This document shows, one piece after another, positions 37,715-48,466 of a DNA stretch of 64,000 nucleotides. This DNA comes from an uncultured Clostridia bacterium. Its GTDB lineage: Bacteria; Bacillota; Clostridia; Christensenellales; DTU072. The stretch is from the NCBI GenBank assembly GCA_944331875.1, contig CALVJA010000011.1, forward strand, positions 417-64,416, in the 5' to 3' direction. A program made the translations under genes and the position numbers. A model generated the notes under the pieces. That model was not told where the DNA came from. It searched no databases and was given only the letters and a program-made list of their open reading frames with translations. The first letter of the stretch is position 1. Every line of letters begins with the position of its first letter.

Positions 37715-38410
37715 TTGATGAAATACACGGTTTCGGGACGGGAGACTGGAGAGTGGGTCGTCATATTGCACGGCTGGGGCGCGACGAAAGAGGCGATGAT
37801 GCCCATCGGGAGGGGGCTCGAAAACGATTGGAGGGTACTTATACCCGATATGTACGGTTTCGGGGAAACGCCGCACCCGCCGAGGGCGCTGACTGTCGAA
37901 GACTATGCCGAAGGGGTGGAGAAGATAGCAATGCTCGAAAACGTCACGGAAGCCGTCGTCATCGGGCATTCATTCGGCGGGAGAGTGGCGGTGAAACTCG
38001 CGGCGAGAGGAAAATTAAAAGTCAAAAGGCTGGTGCTCATAGACGCGGCGGGACTCAAGCCGAGAGGGGCGTTTTTTCGCGCTATACGCGTGAAAGTACA
38101 TAAAATATTAAAAAAATTAAGCGGTAGGGGACTTAAAGGCTCTGCCGATTTCGAGGCGCTCGAAGGATACAAAAAGTTTACGTTCATAAACGTCGTGAAC
38201 GAATATCTCACCGGCGACGCGAGGAAAATAAATACGGAAGCTCTTCTTATATGGGGCGCTCTCGACAGGGACACTCCGCCGTATATGGGGCGGCGGTACA
38301 GGCGGCTGATAAGCGGTTCCGTTTTGTATGTTTTGCGGGGCGCGGGGCACTTCTCGTATGCCGACAAGTCCGAGGAAACACTTTCGCTGATACGCGCATA
38401 TATTGCATAG
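37715..38410 (+). CDS. Alpha/beta hydrolase
   Basis: LHGWG, GFGET, GHSFGG nucleophile elbow, GAGH. Confidence 0.9.
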   Translation: MMKYTVSGRETGEWVVILHGWGATKEAMMPIGRGLENDWRVLIPDMYGFGETPHPPRALTVEDYAEGVEKIAMLENVTEAVVIGHSFGGRVAVKLAARGKLKVKRLVLIDAAGLKPRGAFFRAIRVKVHKILKKLSGRGLKGSADFEALEGYKKFTFINVVNEYLTGDARKINTEALLIWGALDRDTPPYMGRRYRRLISGSVLYVLRGAGHFSYADKSEETLSLIRAYIA

Positions 38411-38412
38411 GA

Positions 38413-39927
38413 ATGCAGGAATACGTCTTGATATCCCTATTTTTCATTATCCTTGCGGTGACGGTGCCGAAAAGCCTTATCGTCGCGGGGCGCGTGCAGC
38501 GCGCAAATTATTATCCCTGTCGCACGAGCGGCGCGGAATGGGCGGAATACGCCGCAACTTATGTCACCGGACTTGCGGCGGCGCTCGCGGAATACGCCGC
38601 GAGGGGTGCGGGAATCGCTATATTGGCGCTTGCCGCGGCGGCGGGTACGATATTTTATTCGGTAAAGGCATATAAAATGCGCGTTAAATTCCGATTTACT
38701 TACCGCGCGACCAGGCTTTACGCGCTGTATCAGGCGATGACGACAGCCGCATCGGGCGCGGTCTTCGCGTTTTCGGGCATACCCGCGGCGCTTATGTATG
38801 CGGCGTTGGTCGCGGCGGTAAGCCCGATGATCATGCGCTTTGCGGCAGCGGTATTGTTGCCGTTCGAGAAGAAAAACAATGCGCGGTATCTAAAAAAATA
38901 CGCCGAAAAATACCGCGAAATGAACTTTATACGGATCGCGGTCACGGGAAGTTTCGGAAAGACCGCAGTTAAAAACATGCTTTATGCGGCGCTGAAAAGC
39001 CACTACACGGTCATGATGAGCGAAGGAAACTTCAATACCCCGTTCGGGATCGTAAAATCATTGGAAAAATACGCGGGCGAACAGATATTCATAGCCGAAT
39101 TCGGCGCGCGGAGAAAGGGGGACATAGCGGAGCTCAATCGTCTTCTGCCCCCGGACCGCGCAGTCATAACGGGAGTGGGCGAACAGCATCTGGAAACTTT
39201 CGGGTCCGTAAGCGCGGTGGCTAAGGAAAAGGAAAAGCTCGCCGCGGCGGTAAGCGATCCGTCGCATATAGTTTTTAACGGCAGCAACGCGTATACGGCG
39301 GAAATGGCGAAGCGTTACCCGGGCTCGGTGACTGCGGGGGAAAAGGGAGAGGTCGCGGCGGAGCGGATAACGGAAACGGAAGAAGGACTCAGGTTTTACC
39401 TGAGGTACGGCGGCGAAAGGCGCTTGGTGACGTTTCCGTTGCACGGCAAACACAACGCGTACAACGCGGCAATGGCGGCGGCGGTGGCGCTGGGGCTCGG
39501 GGTGCCGCTGAAGGATATAGCCGATTCGTTGAAGCGCCTGACTCCCGTACCGCACCGTTTCGAGGTCAAAAAGGCGGGGGACATAACGATAATAGACGAC
39601 GGCTACAACTCGAATATCGAGGGAGCGGAGTCGGGAGCGGAGAGCCTAAAAGCGTTTTCCGGCAGAAAGGTGGTGTCGGCTGCGGGCGTCGCCGAGGCGG
39701 GCGCGAAAAAGCGCGAAATCAACATGCGCCTGGGTTCAGCCCTCGCGGGGGTAGCGGACGTGGTGATACTCTCGGGCGAAAACTCGAGATATATCGAAAA
39801 AGGGCTGAAACAGCGCGGTTTTTCGGGGGAAATAATAAAAACGCGCGGGATAAATCAAACGGCAAAGGCGCTGCCGCATATCCTTCGCCCCGGCGACGTA
39901 GTGTGGTTCCAAAACGATATTCCGTAA
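38413..39927 (+). CDS. murF: UDP-MurNAc-tripeptide--D-Ala-D-Ala ligase with N-terminal TM domain
   Basis: AVTGSFGKT, NFNTPFG, EFGAR, QHLETFG, IDDGYNSN; adjacent to ddl. Confidence 0.88.
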   Translation: MQEYVLISLFFIILAVTVPKSLIVAGRVQRANYYPCRTSGAEWAEYAATYVTGLAAALAEYAARGAGIAILALAAAAGTIFYSVKAYKMRVKFRFTYRATRLYALYQAMTTAASGAVFAFSGIPAALMYAALVAAVSPMIMRFAAAVLLPFEKKNNARYLKKYAEKYREMNFIRIAVTGSFGKTAVKNMLYAALKSHYTVMMSEGNFNTPFGIVKSLEKYAGEQIFIAEFGARRKGDIAELNRLLPPDRAVITGVGEQHLETFGSVSAVAKEKEKLAAAVSDPSHIVFNGSNAYTAEMAKRYPGSVTAGEKGEVAAERITETEEGLRFYLRYGGERRLVTFPLHGKHNAYNAAMAAAVALGLGVPLKDIADSLKRLTPVPHRFEVKKAGDITIIDDGYNSNIEGAESGAESLKAFSGRKVVSAAGVAEAGAKKREINMRLGSALAGVADVVILSGENSRYIEKGLKQRGFSGEIIKTRGINQTAKALPHILRPGDVVWFQNDIP

Positions 39928-39940
39928 AAAGGAGGTTAAT

Positions 39941-41020
39941 ATGATAAATTGCGTGCTGATATACGGATTCGATTCTCCCGAACACGACGTATCCGTCGTG
40001 ACCGCGACGGAGATCATGAAAAACGCGCCCTCGCGCGGCATACGCCTCTATCCCGTCTACGTTCGCGGCGGCGCTTGGTACACGGGAGCGGCGCTAAGCG
40101 ACCTAAGGAACTATTCGCCTTTCGAACCCTCGGCGCATCGCGCCGTTAAGATCGCGGGAAGAACGCTGTATATCGAAAAGCGCGGCAAACTGAAAGCTTT
40201 CGCGCCGATAGACTGCGCGCTCATCGCGGCGCACGGAGGCTTCGGCGAAAACGGCGCGCTGCAGGGCTTTTTGGACGTAAACGGTATTCCGTACTGCTCC
40301 TCGGGCGTGTTTTCTTCCGCCGTCGGGATGAACAAGGCGGCGGCGAAAACGCTTGCCCGCGCCGCCGGGATCCCCGTTGCTGATTGGATGACGGCAACAA
40401 GGGAAAACATCGGCGAAAAACTCGTAAGCGCGGCGGCGGAAATAGGGTATCCGCTCATGATAAAACCGCTTTCAAGCGGCAGCAGCCTCGGGATAAGCGT
40501 CGCGCATTCTAAAGGAGAAGCGGAATGCGCCGCCGAAAAGGCGTTCGGCTTTTCGGATGAGGTCATAATCGAAAAATACCTTCCGGACGCGGTCGATATA
40601 AACGTAGCCGTGCTGAAAACGGGCGAGGAGATCCGCTTCTCGCGCCCGGAACGTCCGATAAAAAGCGGAGAGATCCTTTCTTTTAACGATAAATACGCTC
40701 CGACTGCGAGGGCAAGCGAGTTTCCCGCGGACATACCGCCCGAAAAGGAAGCGGAGCTCATACGGCTTACCGAAAGGTCGGCGAAGACGTTTCAAACGGA
40801 CGGCGCGGTGCGCTTCGATTATCTTTTAGCGGACGATAAGATCTACTTCAACGAGCTAAATACGGTTCCGGGATCGCTTGCCGCATACCTGTTCCCCGAA
40901 TACAAGCCGACCGAATACATACGTCTGATAATAGAAACGGCGGCTGCGAAAGGGGGCGCGCCCAGAGGCGTCGATTACGATACGGGACTGTTGAGATTGA
41001 AGCCTAAAGGCAGGCGTTAG
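39941..41020 (+). CDS. ddl: D-alanine--D-alanine ligase
   Basis: SPEHDVS, HGGFGENG.LQG, IKP..GSSLGI, DKY, NELNTVPG. Confidence 0.92.
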   Translation: MINCVLIYGFDSPEHDVSVVTATEIMKNAPSRGIRLYPVYVRGGAWYTGAALSDLRNYSPFEPSAHRAVKIAGRTLYIEKRGKLKAFAPIDCALIAAHGGFGENGALQGFLDVNGIPYCSSGVFSSAVGMNKAAAKTLARAAGIPVADWMTATRENIGEKLVSAAAEIGYPLMIKPLSSGSSLGISVAHSKGEAECAAEKAFGFSDEVIIEKYLPDAVDINVAVLKTGEEIRFSRPERPIKSGEILSFNDKYAPTARASEFPADIPPEKEAELIRLTERSAKTFQTDGAVRFDYLLADDKIYFNELNTVPGSLAAYLFPEYKPTEYIRLIIETAAAKGGAPRGVDYDTGLLRLKPKGRR

Positions 41021-42660
41021 CGCTCGTCCGGTCTCAGCGGTTCGACCGAAACCGTCTTCTGCCCCGTATACGTCACACGCGTGCCCTTCAGCCGCTTTAC
41101 GCGGGAGCGGACGGTATAGTCGACGTCGGCGCGCCCGGAGGCGGCGCATTCCGAATACCCCGCGACTATGCGCGCCACATACTCTATAACGTCCGCGGGA
41201 ACGTCGCCGCTCTTTTTGACGACGATACCGTGTCCGCCGTGAAATCCTTTGGCGTGAAGCCATATGTCGCCGGGCGACGCCAGCTCGAAGGTCACGCGTT
41301 CGTTCTGCGCGGAGTTTCTGCCGACGTAAAAAATATAGCCCTTGTACTCGCCGGAGTAGGGCGGGGTCTTTTTGGGAGCGCGCACCTTCGCGGCGGCGCC
41401 GCGCGCCGCGCGTTTTCCCGACGCGCGGTCCAGTTCCGCTTCTATCTCGTTGAATTCCGCTTCGGCGGTGCAGTTCGAAATGTAGGTTTTCAGCTCCCGT
41501 ATCTTGTCCGACATCTCCTCGGAACGCTTCAGATCCTCCTCCGCATACGCCTTCGCGCCCTTTGCCTTGGAATACAGCTTGAAATAATGCTCGATGTTCT
41601 TTTTCGGCGAAAAAGTAGGGTTTAATTCGATTTTTACGCTTCGAGTATTATAAAAATCATCGCATTCGATAATACTCATGCCTCGCTCCATGCGGTGGAT
41701 ATTGCATTTTAAGATCTCGCCGAGCTCCTTGTACCTTTCCGCCCTGTCGGAGTTTTGAATTGTTTCAAGATCTTCTGCGATATGGCGGGCGGTCTTTTTC
41801 TCCAGCGCCTTCAAAAGCTTTCTGACTTTGGCGGATCGCGCCGCCACGGCGCGCACCTTTGCCGCGGCGCCGAGGCACATATCCACCGCCCGCGACAGCG
41901 TGCCCGTTTCGGTGAAATCCTCTTTGACCGCTTCGTAAGGATAGGCATAGTAGCCGCCGTTCCCGGAGCATATACCGGGGCGGTAAACGCCGGAGGAGTA
42001 CAAATTATTCATTCGTGCGAGCGCCTTTTCCGCGCCGACGGCGTTTTTCAGATACAGTAATTCCTCCGCGGAAGCCTTAGACAGTCCGTTCAGAGCGCCG
42101 TATACTTCGGCGGCATTTTCGGCTTCGAGCAGTATCCCCGCCGCTTCGGGGGAGCTTAGCTCCGTTTTACCGCGCGTAGGCGGGACGTATACGACGCGCG
42201 GATACACGGGACGCGAATTTTCGTTAATTATGCGCCTCGCCGCGTCGATGACGGTGTCGGACGCGTCCGCGAGTATCACGTTCGACGCGCCTCCCATTAT
42301 CTCGGCGTACAGGGTGTACCGCGCGGCGTCGTTCAATTCGTTTTTGGAGGTGAGGCGCATCCCGACGATCCTGTCCTCGTTTACGATATCGAATCCGTCT
42401 ATCACGGCGCCCGTCAGGTGCTTTCTGAGGCACATGCAAAAGTTTCCGGGCACGCCCGCGGCGTCGTTTATCGAGCGCGCGAGATATATCCCCGCCGCGT
42501 TCGGGGCGTAGGAGAGGGTCAGAACGCCGTTTTTACCTTTGGCGCGCACTCCGAAATACAGCGCTCTGTCGGCGGATTGTATCCTGTTTATCCTGCCGCC
42601 TTCGAGCATTGAAGTCAGTTCCGCGGCAAGCGCTTTCAACGTTATCATATCGCATGGCAT
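41017..42660 (-). CDS. rqcH: Rqc2/FbpA (NFACT) ribosome quality control protein
   Basis: LRKHL.GA, DRIV, EIMG..SNVIL, VGRNSAQNE, DIWLHAK...G.H, VDYT. Confidence 0.9.
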   Translation of the reverse strand: MPCDMITLKALAAELTSMLEGGRINRIQSADRALYFGVRAKGKNGVLTLSYAPNAAGIYLARSINDAAGVPGNFCMCLRKHLTGAVIDGFDIVNEDRIVGMRLTSKNELNDAARYTLYAEIMGGASNVILADASDTVIDAARRIINENSRPVYPRVVYVPPTRGKTELSSPEAAGILLEAENAAEVYGALNGLSKASAEELLYLKNAVGAEKALARMNNLYSSGVYRPGICSGNGGYYAYPYEAVKEDFTETGTLSRAVDMCLGAAAKVRAVAARSAKVRKLLKALEKKTARHIAEDLETIQNSDRAERYKELGEILKCNIHRMERGMSIIECDDFYNTRSVKIELNPTFSPKKNIEHYFKLYSKAKGAKAYAEEDLKRSEEMSDKIRELKTYISNCTAEAEFNEIEAELDRASGKRAARGAAAKVRAPKKTPPYSGEYKGYIFYVGRNSAQNERVTFELASPGDIWLHAKGFHGGHGIVVKKSGDVPADVIEYVARIVAGYSECAASGRADVDYTVRSRVKRLKGTRVTYTGQKTVSVEPLRPDER

Positions 42661-42830
42661 ACCGTGATTATATACTTTTTGCGTTACGATGTAAAGCGCG
42701 CGGCGCGCGTATGAAAATAATTTATAAATATTAAGTTTGCCGACGAAAAATAATTGCATATCCGCTCGCGATATGATAATATTATTGAGTTCACAATAAA
42801 ATAAAACCGGTATACACAATGGAGGTCAAA

Positions 42831-44198
42831 ATGGAATATTCGGTACAAAAACTCGATAAATCGAGAGTCGAGATCGCGGTAAGCATCGAAGGCGAGGAAT
42901 GGAAAGCGTTCATACGGAAAGCTTATCAGAAGACCAAAGGTCAGTTCGTGATCGAGGGCTTCCGCAAGGGTAAAGTGCCCTTCAGCATACTTTGCAAGCG
43001 CTACGGGGTCGAGATATTCTTCGACGACGCCGCCGAACTCGCTCTCGAGGAGCATTACGAAAAGATAATCGACGCGGAAAAGCTGAACGTCGTGTCCCGT
43101 CCGGACATCAAGGCGACGGCTTTGGACGACGAAGCGTTCAAATTCACCGCCACCGTCGCGGTCTATCCCGAGTTCGAGCTCGGTCAGTACAAGGGGCTTA
43201 CGATAGAGAAGGCAGCCCGCAAGGAAGTGACCGAAGAGGACGTTCAGCGCGTCATCGATTCCGATCTTGACGCCGCGGCGCGTTTCGTAGACGTTACCGA
43301 CCGCGCGGCAAAAGAGGGCGATATGGTGCTCATCGACTACGCCGGCAGCGTAGACGGCGTCGAATTCGAGGGCGGCAAAGCCGAAAAATATTCGCTGACC
43401 CTCGGCTCCCACACATTTATCCCCGGATTCGAGGAGCAGATCGTCGGCAAAAAACCCGGCGAATCGTTCGACGTAAGCGTCACGTTCCCCGAGGACTATC
43501 ACGCGGAATCGCTTAAGGGAAAGGCAGCGGTATTCAAATGCTTCCTGCACGAGATAAAGGTCAAGGAGCTCCCCGCGGCGGACGACGAGTTTGCAAAAGA
43601 TCTCGGCGAATACGATACTTTCGCGGAATACAAAGAGGGTATTAAGTCAAGACTTATTGCCGACGAGGAGAGGAAAGCCGCGGCGGAGGAAAACAACGCG
43701 CTACTCGAAAGGATCGTGGACGGCACCGAAGTGGAGCTGCCCGACGCGATGGTGGACGACGAAGTCGACCGTCAGATCAACGATATGAAGAGCAGCATGC
43801 AGATGTACGGACTGAAATTCGAGGATTATCTCGGATATATCGGCTCCACCGAGGAGAAGATGCGCGAGGAGATGCGCGAGCGCGCCGCGCGCGACGTGAA
43901 AGCGAGCGTAGTGCTTCCCGAGCTCATCCGCAGGGAAAACCTGTTCCCGACCGAGGAGGAGTTCAAGGCTGAAACGGAACGCGAAGCCGAAAAAGCGGGA
44001 AAATCCCGCGAAGATTATCTGAAAGACGCGGACGAAAGGGAAGTAAACGCGATATTCCAGAGGATGACCTCGGAAAAACTTTACAAATTCCTGCGCGAGA
44101 ACAACACGCTGGAGGATAAGGGCGCCGAAAAAGCAAGCGCCGGAAAGACCGCCGCGAAGCCCCGCGCGAAAAAGGCTAAAGAGGAAGCCTCCGAATAA
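42831..44198 (+). CDS. tig: Trigger factor
   Basis: GFRKGKVP signature, FEGGKAE, FIPGFEEQ, TFPEDYHA. Confidence 0.97.
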   Translation: MEYSVQKLDKSRVEIAVSIEGEEWKAFIRKAYQKTKGQFVIEGFRKGKVPFSILCKRYGVEIFFDDAAELALEEHYEKIIDAEKLNVVSRPDIKATALDDEAFKFTATVAVYPEFELGQYKGLTIEKAARKEVTEEDVQRVIDSDLDAAARFVDVTDRAAKEGDMVLIDYAGSVDGVEFEGGKAEKYSLTLGSHTFIPGFEEQIVGKKPGESFDVSVTFPEDYHAESLKGKAAVFKCFLHEIKVKELPAADDEFAKDLGEYDTFAEYKEGIKSRLIADEERKAAAEENNALLERIVDGTEVELPDAMVDDEVDRQINDMKSSMQMYGLKFEDYLGYIGSTEEKMREEMRERAARDVKASVVLPELIRRENLFPTEEEFKAETEREAEKAGKSREDYLKDADEREVNAIFQRMTSEKLYKFLRENNTLEDKGAEKASAGKTAAKPRAKKAKEEASE

Positions 44199-44234
44199 GC
44201 AAAAACGGAGGAGGGAGAGAAAAAAGGAGATAAT

Positions 44235-44843
44235 ATGTCAGACGAAACCAGATCCGTAATGATGCCCATACCCACCGTCATCGAAACCACGAACCGCGGG
44301 CAGACGGCTTACGACCTTTATTCCAGGCTCCTGGAGGACAGGATCATATTCCTTACGGGGCAGATAGACGACGCGACGGCGAACCTTGTCGTGGGACAGC
44401 TTCTGTACCTGGAGACCAAAGACCCCTCCAAGGACATATCGCTGTACATCAACTCTCCCGGCGGCTCCGTCACGGCGGGAATGGCGATATTCGACACGAT
44501 GAATTACGTCAAATGCGACGTTTCCACGATATGCGTCGGAATGGCGGCGTCGATGGGAGCGTTCCTTCTCGCGGCGGGCACCAAGGGAAAGCGCATCTGC
44601 CTTCCCAATTCGGAGGTGATGATACATCAGCCCCTCGGCGGCGTGCAGGGTCAGGCGAGCGATATAAAGATCGCGGCGGAGCATATCCTGAAAACGCGCG
44701 AAAAGCTGAACAGGTTCCTTGCGGAAGCTACGGGTAAAAGTATCGAGGAGATCGCCCGCGACACCGACAGGGACAACTATATGTCCGCCGAGGAAGCCAA
44801 AGAGTACGGGCTGGTGGACATGGTGTACACCAAACGCGCCTAG
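44235..44843 (+). CDS. clpP: ATP-dependent Clp protease proteolytic subunit
   Basis: [23 protein letters not shown]. Confidence 0.98.
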   Translation: MSDETRSVMMPIPTVIETTNRGQTAYDLYSRLLEDRIIFLTGQIDDATANLVVGQLLYLETKDPSKDISLYINSPGGSVTAGMAIFDTMNYVKCDVSTICVGMAASMGAFLLAAGTKGKRICLPNSEVMIHQPLGGVQGQASDIKIAAEHILKTREKLNRFLAEATGKSIEEIARDTDRDNYMSAEEAKEYGLVDMVYTKRA

Positions 44844-44851
44844 GAGACCAT

Positions 44852-46117
44852 ATGAGCGATTATACGCCTATTAAATGCAGCTTTTGCGGCAAAAACGAAT
44901 ACGAAGTCAAGACGATGTACGCAGGTCAGGGCGGCAGTTATATCTGTTCCACCTGCGTAAAGCGGCTGGCTTTCGAGGACGCGCATTTGAACAACGTTCA
45001 GGAAATGAACGCCGCCGGATCGCGCCGCCGGGAAAGGCTGTTGAAGCCCAGCGAGATAAAAGCGCGTCTTGACGATTATATCGTGGGGCAGGACGAGGCG
45101 AAGCGCGTTCTCGCCGTAGCGGTCTACAACCACTACAAACGCATAGGGAGCGCGCCCGCGGCGGACGAACCGAAGCTCGAAAAATCGAATATACTGATGC
45201 TCGGTCCCACGGGTTCCGGGAAAACGCTCCTCGCGAAGACCCTTGCGGACATTCTGAACGTTCCGTTCGCCATCGCGGACGCTACTACGCTTACCGAAGC
45301 GGGATATGTCGGAGAGGACGTCGAGAACATCCTTCTGAAGCTCATCCGCGCCGCGAACGGCGACATCCAGGCGGCGGAGCGCGGCATCATCTATATCGAC
45401 GAGATAGACAAGATCTGCCGCAAGAGCGAGAACATGAGCATCACGCGCGACGTTTCCGGCGAAGGGGTACAGCAGGCGCTTTTGAAAATAATCGAATCCA
45501 CCGTGGCGAGCGTACCGCCGACGGGAGGCAGGAAGCATCCTTATCAGGAATGCATCACCATCGACACGACGAACATCCTGTTCATATGCGGCGGAGCGTT
45601 CGTGGGGCTCGAAAAGATAGTCGAAAAACGTCTCGACGCCTCGTCCATAGGTTTCACCGGCGCTTTGAAGCGCGGCGAGGAAGGGTATTCGGAATCCCTG
45701 AAGGAGCTCCAGCCCGACGACCTCATAAAATACGGGCTCATCCCCGAGTTCGTGGGAAGAGTGCCGATAGTCGCTCCGCTCGATCCGCTGGACAGGAACG
45801 CACTGATAAAGATACTCACCGAACCCAAAAACGCGCTCGTCAAACAGTACGAAAGGCTGTTCGGTATAGACGGAATGCGCTTAAGGTTCACTCCGCGCGC
45901 GATAGGCGCCGTCGCGGACAAGGCGATACAGCTTAAAACGGGCGCGAGGGGCCTTAGGACCGTTCTCGAAAAGGCGATGACGAAAATAATGTACGAACTC
46001 CCCGACCGCGGAGAGGAAGTGGACGAAGTCGTGATACATTCCGAATGCATCACTTCGGGCGCGGATCCGGAGATAATACCGAAAAACCTACCGCGGGAGG
46101 CGAACAAGGCAGAGTAA
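44852..46117 (+). CDS. clpX: Clp protease ATP-binding subunit
   Basis: CSFCGK zinc finger, [22 protein letters not shown]. Confidence 0.98.
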   Translation: MSDYTPIKCSFCGKNEYEVKTMYAGQGGSYICSTCVKRLAFEDAHLNNVQEMNAAGSRRRERLLKPSEIKARLDDYIVGQDEAKRVLAVAVYNHYKRIGSAPAADEPKLEKSNILMLGPTGSGKTLLAKTLADILNVPFAIADATTLTEAGYVGEDVENILLKLIRAANGDIQAAERGIIYIDEIDKICRKSENMSITRDVSGEGVQQALLKIIESTVASVPPTGGRKHPYQECITIDTTNILFICGGAFVGLEKIVEKRLDASSIGFTGALKRGEEGYSESLKELQPDDLIKYGLIPEFVGRVPIVAPLDPLDRNALIKILTEPKNALVKQYERLFGIDGMRLRFTPRAIGAVADKAIQLKTGARGLRTVLEKAMTKIMYELPDRGEEVDEVVIHSECITSGADPEIIPKNLPREANKAE

Positions 46118-46168
46118 ACCCAATAATTAGTCGTTGATTTCGTCTTTCCGCAGTGTTAAAATCCGAAC

Positions 46169-48466
46169 ATGGACAGGAAAAGATATATGCAGGACATAAA
46201 AGCAAAAGCCGTCAGCATAGGGAAAGCGGTCTTTCCCCGCGAAAGCGGCAGAATAGATCTGGATGAGAGCGCCGCCGTCACCGTACGGCGCGCCATAGAA
46301 GATCACGAAAGAATAGTTTTGGTGCCGGACGTCTCCGGCGACGGAGTCATAGCGCGCGGGGATATCTGCGTCCCCGCCGATATCGACCAATATATGGCGG
46401 TCAGATCCGATTCCGGTATATTGATGTACTCCTGCGGGCGTATGCGCTACAGGGTACTTGGTACGGAGTCCGACGATCCCGCCGTTCCCTATACGGTAAC
46501 GTTAGCGCCCGTCCGCTTTACGAATACGGGGGACGAGAGCCTGCCGTCGCTCACGCGCGAGTTGAAAAACCGCCTGGACGAGCTTTCGTCCGCCGACGAG
46601 CGTTACCGCACGGGGGAACCGCTTTTCGAGGATCCGTATAATATAAACGAGGACATCGACTATCTCGCAGGGCGGCTGCGCCACTCGGACAAGATGTTCT
46701 TTTTCAAGGAGCTGGACACCGTTTCGCGCGCCGTAAAGATGCTGCAGTGCATAAAGGACGAAACGGAAATAGACGAGATAGATTCGCGCGTCCACCGCAT
46801 GGTGCAGGCGGCGATGGACGACAATCAGCGCGAATACTACGTTCGCGAACAGATAAAGGCGCTTTCGAAGGAAATAGACGAAGAGGACGAATCGGAATCC
46901 TATCTCGAGAAGATAGACGCACTCAAAACGAGCGAGGAGAACAAGGAAAAATTCCGCCGCGAAGTACGCCGTCTGGACAGGACCGCGCCGTCGAGCCCCG
47001 ACATGGCGCTCATCAAAAATTACCTCGACACCGTCATAGAGCTTCCGTGGGGAGTGTATACGGACGACAACGAGGATCTGAAAGAGGCGGAGCGCGTGCT
47101 GAACGAGGACCATTACGGCTTGGAAAAGGTAAAGGAAAGACTCATCGAGGCGCTTGCCGTCAGGAAACTTTCCAAAGAGGGCAGAAGCCCGATAATATGC
47201 CTCGTCGGTCCCCCCGGAGTCGGCAAGACGTCGATAGCGCAGTCCATAGCGAAGGCGATGAACAAAAAGTACGTCCGTCTGTCGTTCGGCGGCATACGCG
47301 ACGAAGCTGAGATACGCGGACACAGGAAAACTTACGTCGGCGCGATGCCCGGGCGCATAATCACATCGATAATGGCGGCGGGCAGCATGAACCCGGTGTT
47401 CCTTATGGACGAAATAGACAAAATGGCGTCCGATTACAAGGGCGACCCTGCGAGCGCGCTTCTGGAGGTCTTGGATCCCGAGCAGAACAAAAACTTCCGC
47501 GACCATTTCCTCGAGGTGCCGTTCGACCTGTCCAAAGTATTGTTCATTACCACGGCGAACACATTGGACACCATCTCCAGACCTCTTCTGGACAGGATGG
47601 AGGTCATAGAGCTCAGCGGCTACACCGACATCGAAAAAAAAGAGATAGCGAAGCGCTATCTCGTCAAAAAGGCGCTCGCGCAAAACGGCGTCTCGCCGGA
47701 GTGGATGACGATATCCGAGGACGCCATAATGGAGATAATACATAATTATACGCGCGAATCGGGCGTGAGAGCGCTCGAAAAGCGTATAAATGCGGTAGTC
47801 AGGAAAGTGGCGAGAGCGTTTGTCGAAGACCCCGCGCACAAGCGCGTGCACGTCACCGTCAAAAACCTCGAAAAATTCCTTGGAGAGCAGAAATATCCCG
47901 CTTCGATGAAGCTGCGTTCCGACGAAAAAGGAGTCGTCACGGGGCTTGCGTGGACGGAAACGGGCGGAGACACTTTGGAAGTGGAGGTCGCGTTCACCGA
48001 AGGAAAGGGCGATATACTTCTGACCGGCAACCTCGGCGACGTCATGAAGGAATCGGCGCGTATAGCGATAAGCTACTGCCGCGCGTTCGGCGAAGAGTGG
48101 GGTATCCCCGACAACTTCTTCGCAACGCACGACGTACATATCCATGTGCCCGAGGGCGCCACGCCGAAGGACGGACCGAGCGCCGGCATAACGATAGCCA
48201 CGGCGGTGTGCTCCGCCGCGAGCGGCAAGCCCGTAAGGGGCGACGTCGCTATGACGGGTGAGCTTACGCTCAGGGGCAAAGTGCTTCCGATTGGCGGATT
48301 GAAGGAAAAATCGCTCGCCGCGATGCGCGACGGGATAAAGACGATATTCCTTCCCGAGGAAAACAGAAGGGACTACAGGGAGCTTCCCGAACTCGTCAAA
48401 AAGAGGATCGATTTCCGTTTTGTCGACAACGTCGGCGCGGTATTAAGGAACGCGATAGTATGGTGA
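46169..48466 (+). CDS. lon: Endopeptidase La
   Basis: GPPGVGKTS, HVPEGATPKDGPSAG, IGGLKEK. Confidence 0.97.
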   Translation: MDRKRYMQDIKAKAVSIGKAVFPRESGRIDLDESAAVTVRRAIEDHERIVLVPDVSGDGVIARGDICVPADIDQYMAVRSDSGILMYSCGRMRYRVLGTESDDPAVPYTVTLAPVRFTNTGDESLPSLTRELKNRLDELSSADERYRTGEPLFEDPYNINEDIDYLAGRLRHSDKMFFFKELDTVSRAVKMLQCIKDETEIDEIDSRVHRMVQAAMDDNQREYYVREQIKALSKEIDEEDESESYLEKIDALKTSEENKEKFRREVRRLDRTAPSSPDMALIKNYLDTVIELPWGVYTDDNEDLKEAERVLNEDHYGLEKVKERLIEALAVRKLSKEGRSPIICLVGPPGVGKTSIAQSIAKAMNKKYVRLSFGGIRDEAEIRGHRKTYVGAMPGRIITSIMAAGSMNPVFLMDEIDKMASDYKGDPASALLEVLDPEQNKNFRDHFLEVPFDLSKVLFITTANTLDTISRPLLDRMEVIELSGYTDIEKKEIAKRYLVKKALAQNGVSPEWMTISEDAIMEIIHNYTRESGVRALEKRINAVVRKVARAFVEDPAHKRVHVTVKNLEKFLGEQKYPASMKLRSDEKGVVTGLAWTETGGDTLEVEVAFTEGKGDILLTGNLGDVMKESARIAISYCRAFGEEWGIPDNFFATHDVHIHVPEGATPKDGPSAGITIATAVCSAASGKPVRGDVAMTGELTLRGKVLPIGGLKEKSLAAMRDGIKTIFLPEENRRDYRELPELVKKRIDFRFVDNVGAVLRNAIVW

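Noticed and set aside
39941-41020. D-Ala-D-Lac (vancomycin-resistance) ligase
   Set aside because: The omega loop keeps KY (SFNDKY), as in D-Ala-D-Ala ligases, and there are no van genes.
46502-48145. Long antisense ORFs (also 21333-22088, 30638-31747, 59137-60363, 61846-63084)
   Set aside because: Shadows of well-supported genes on the other strand, expected in GC-rich coding DNA.
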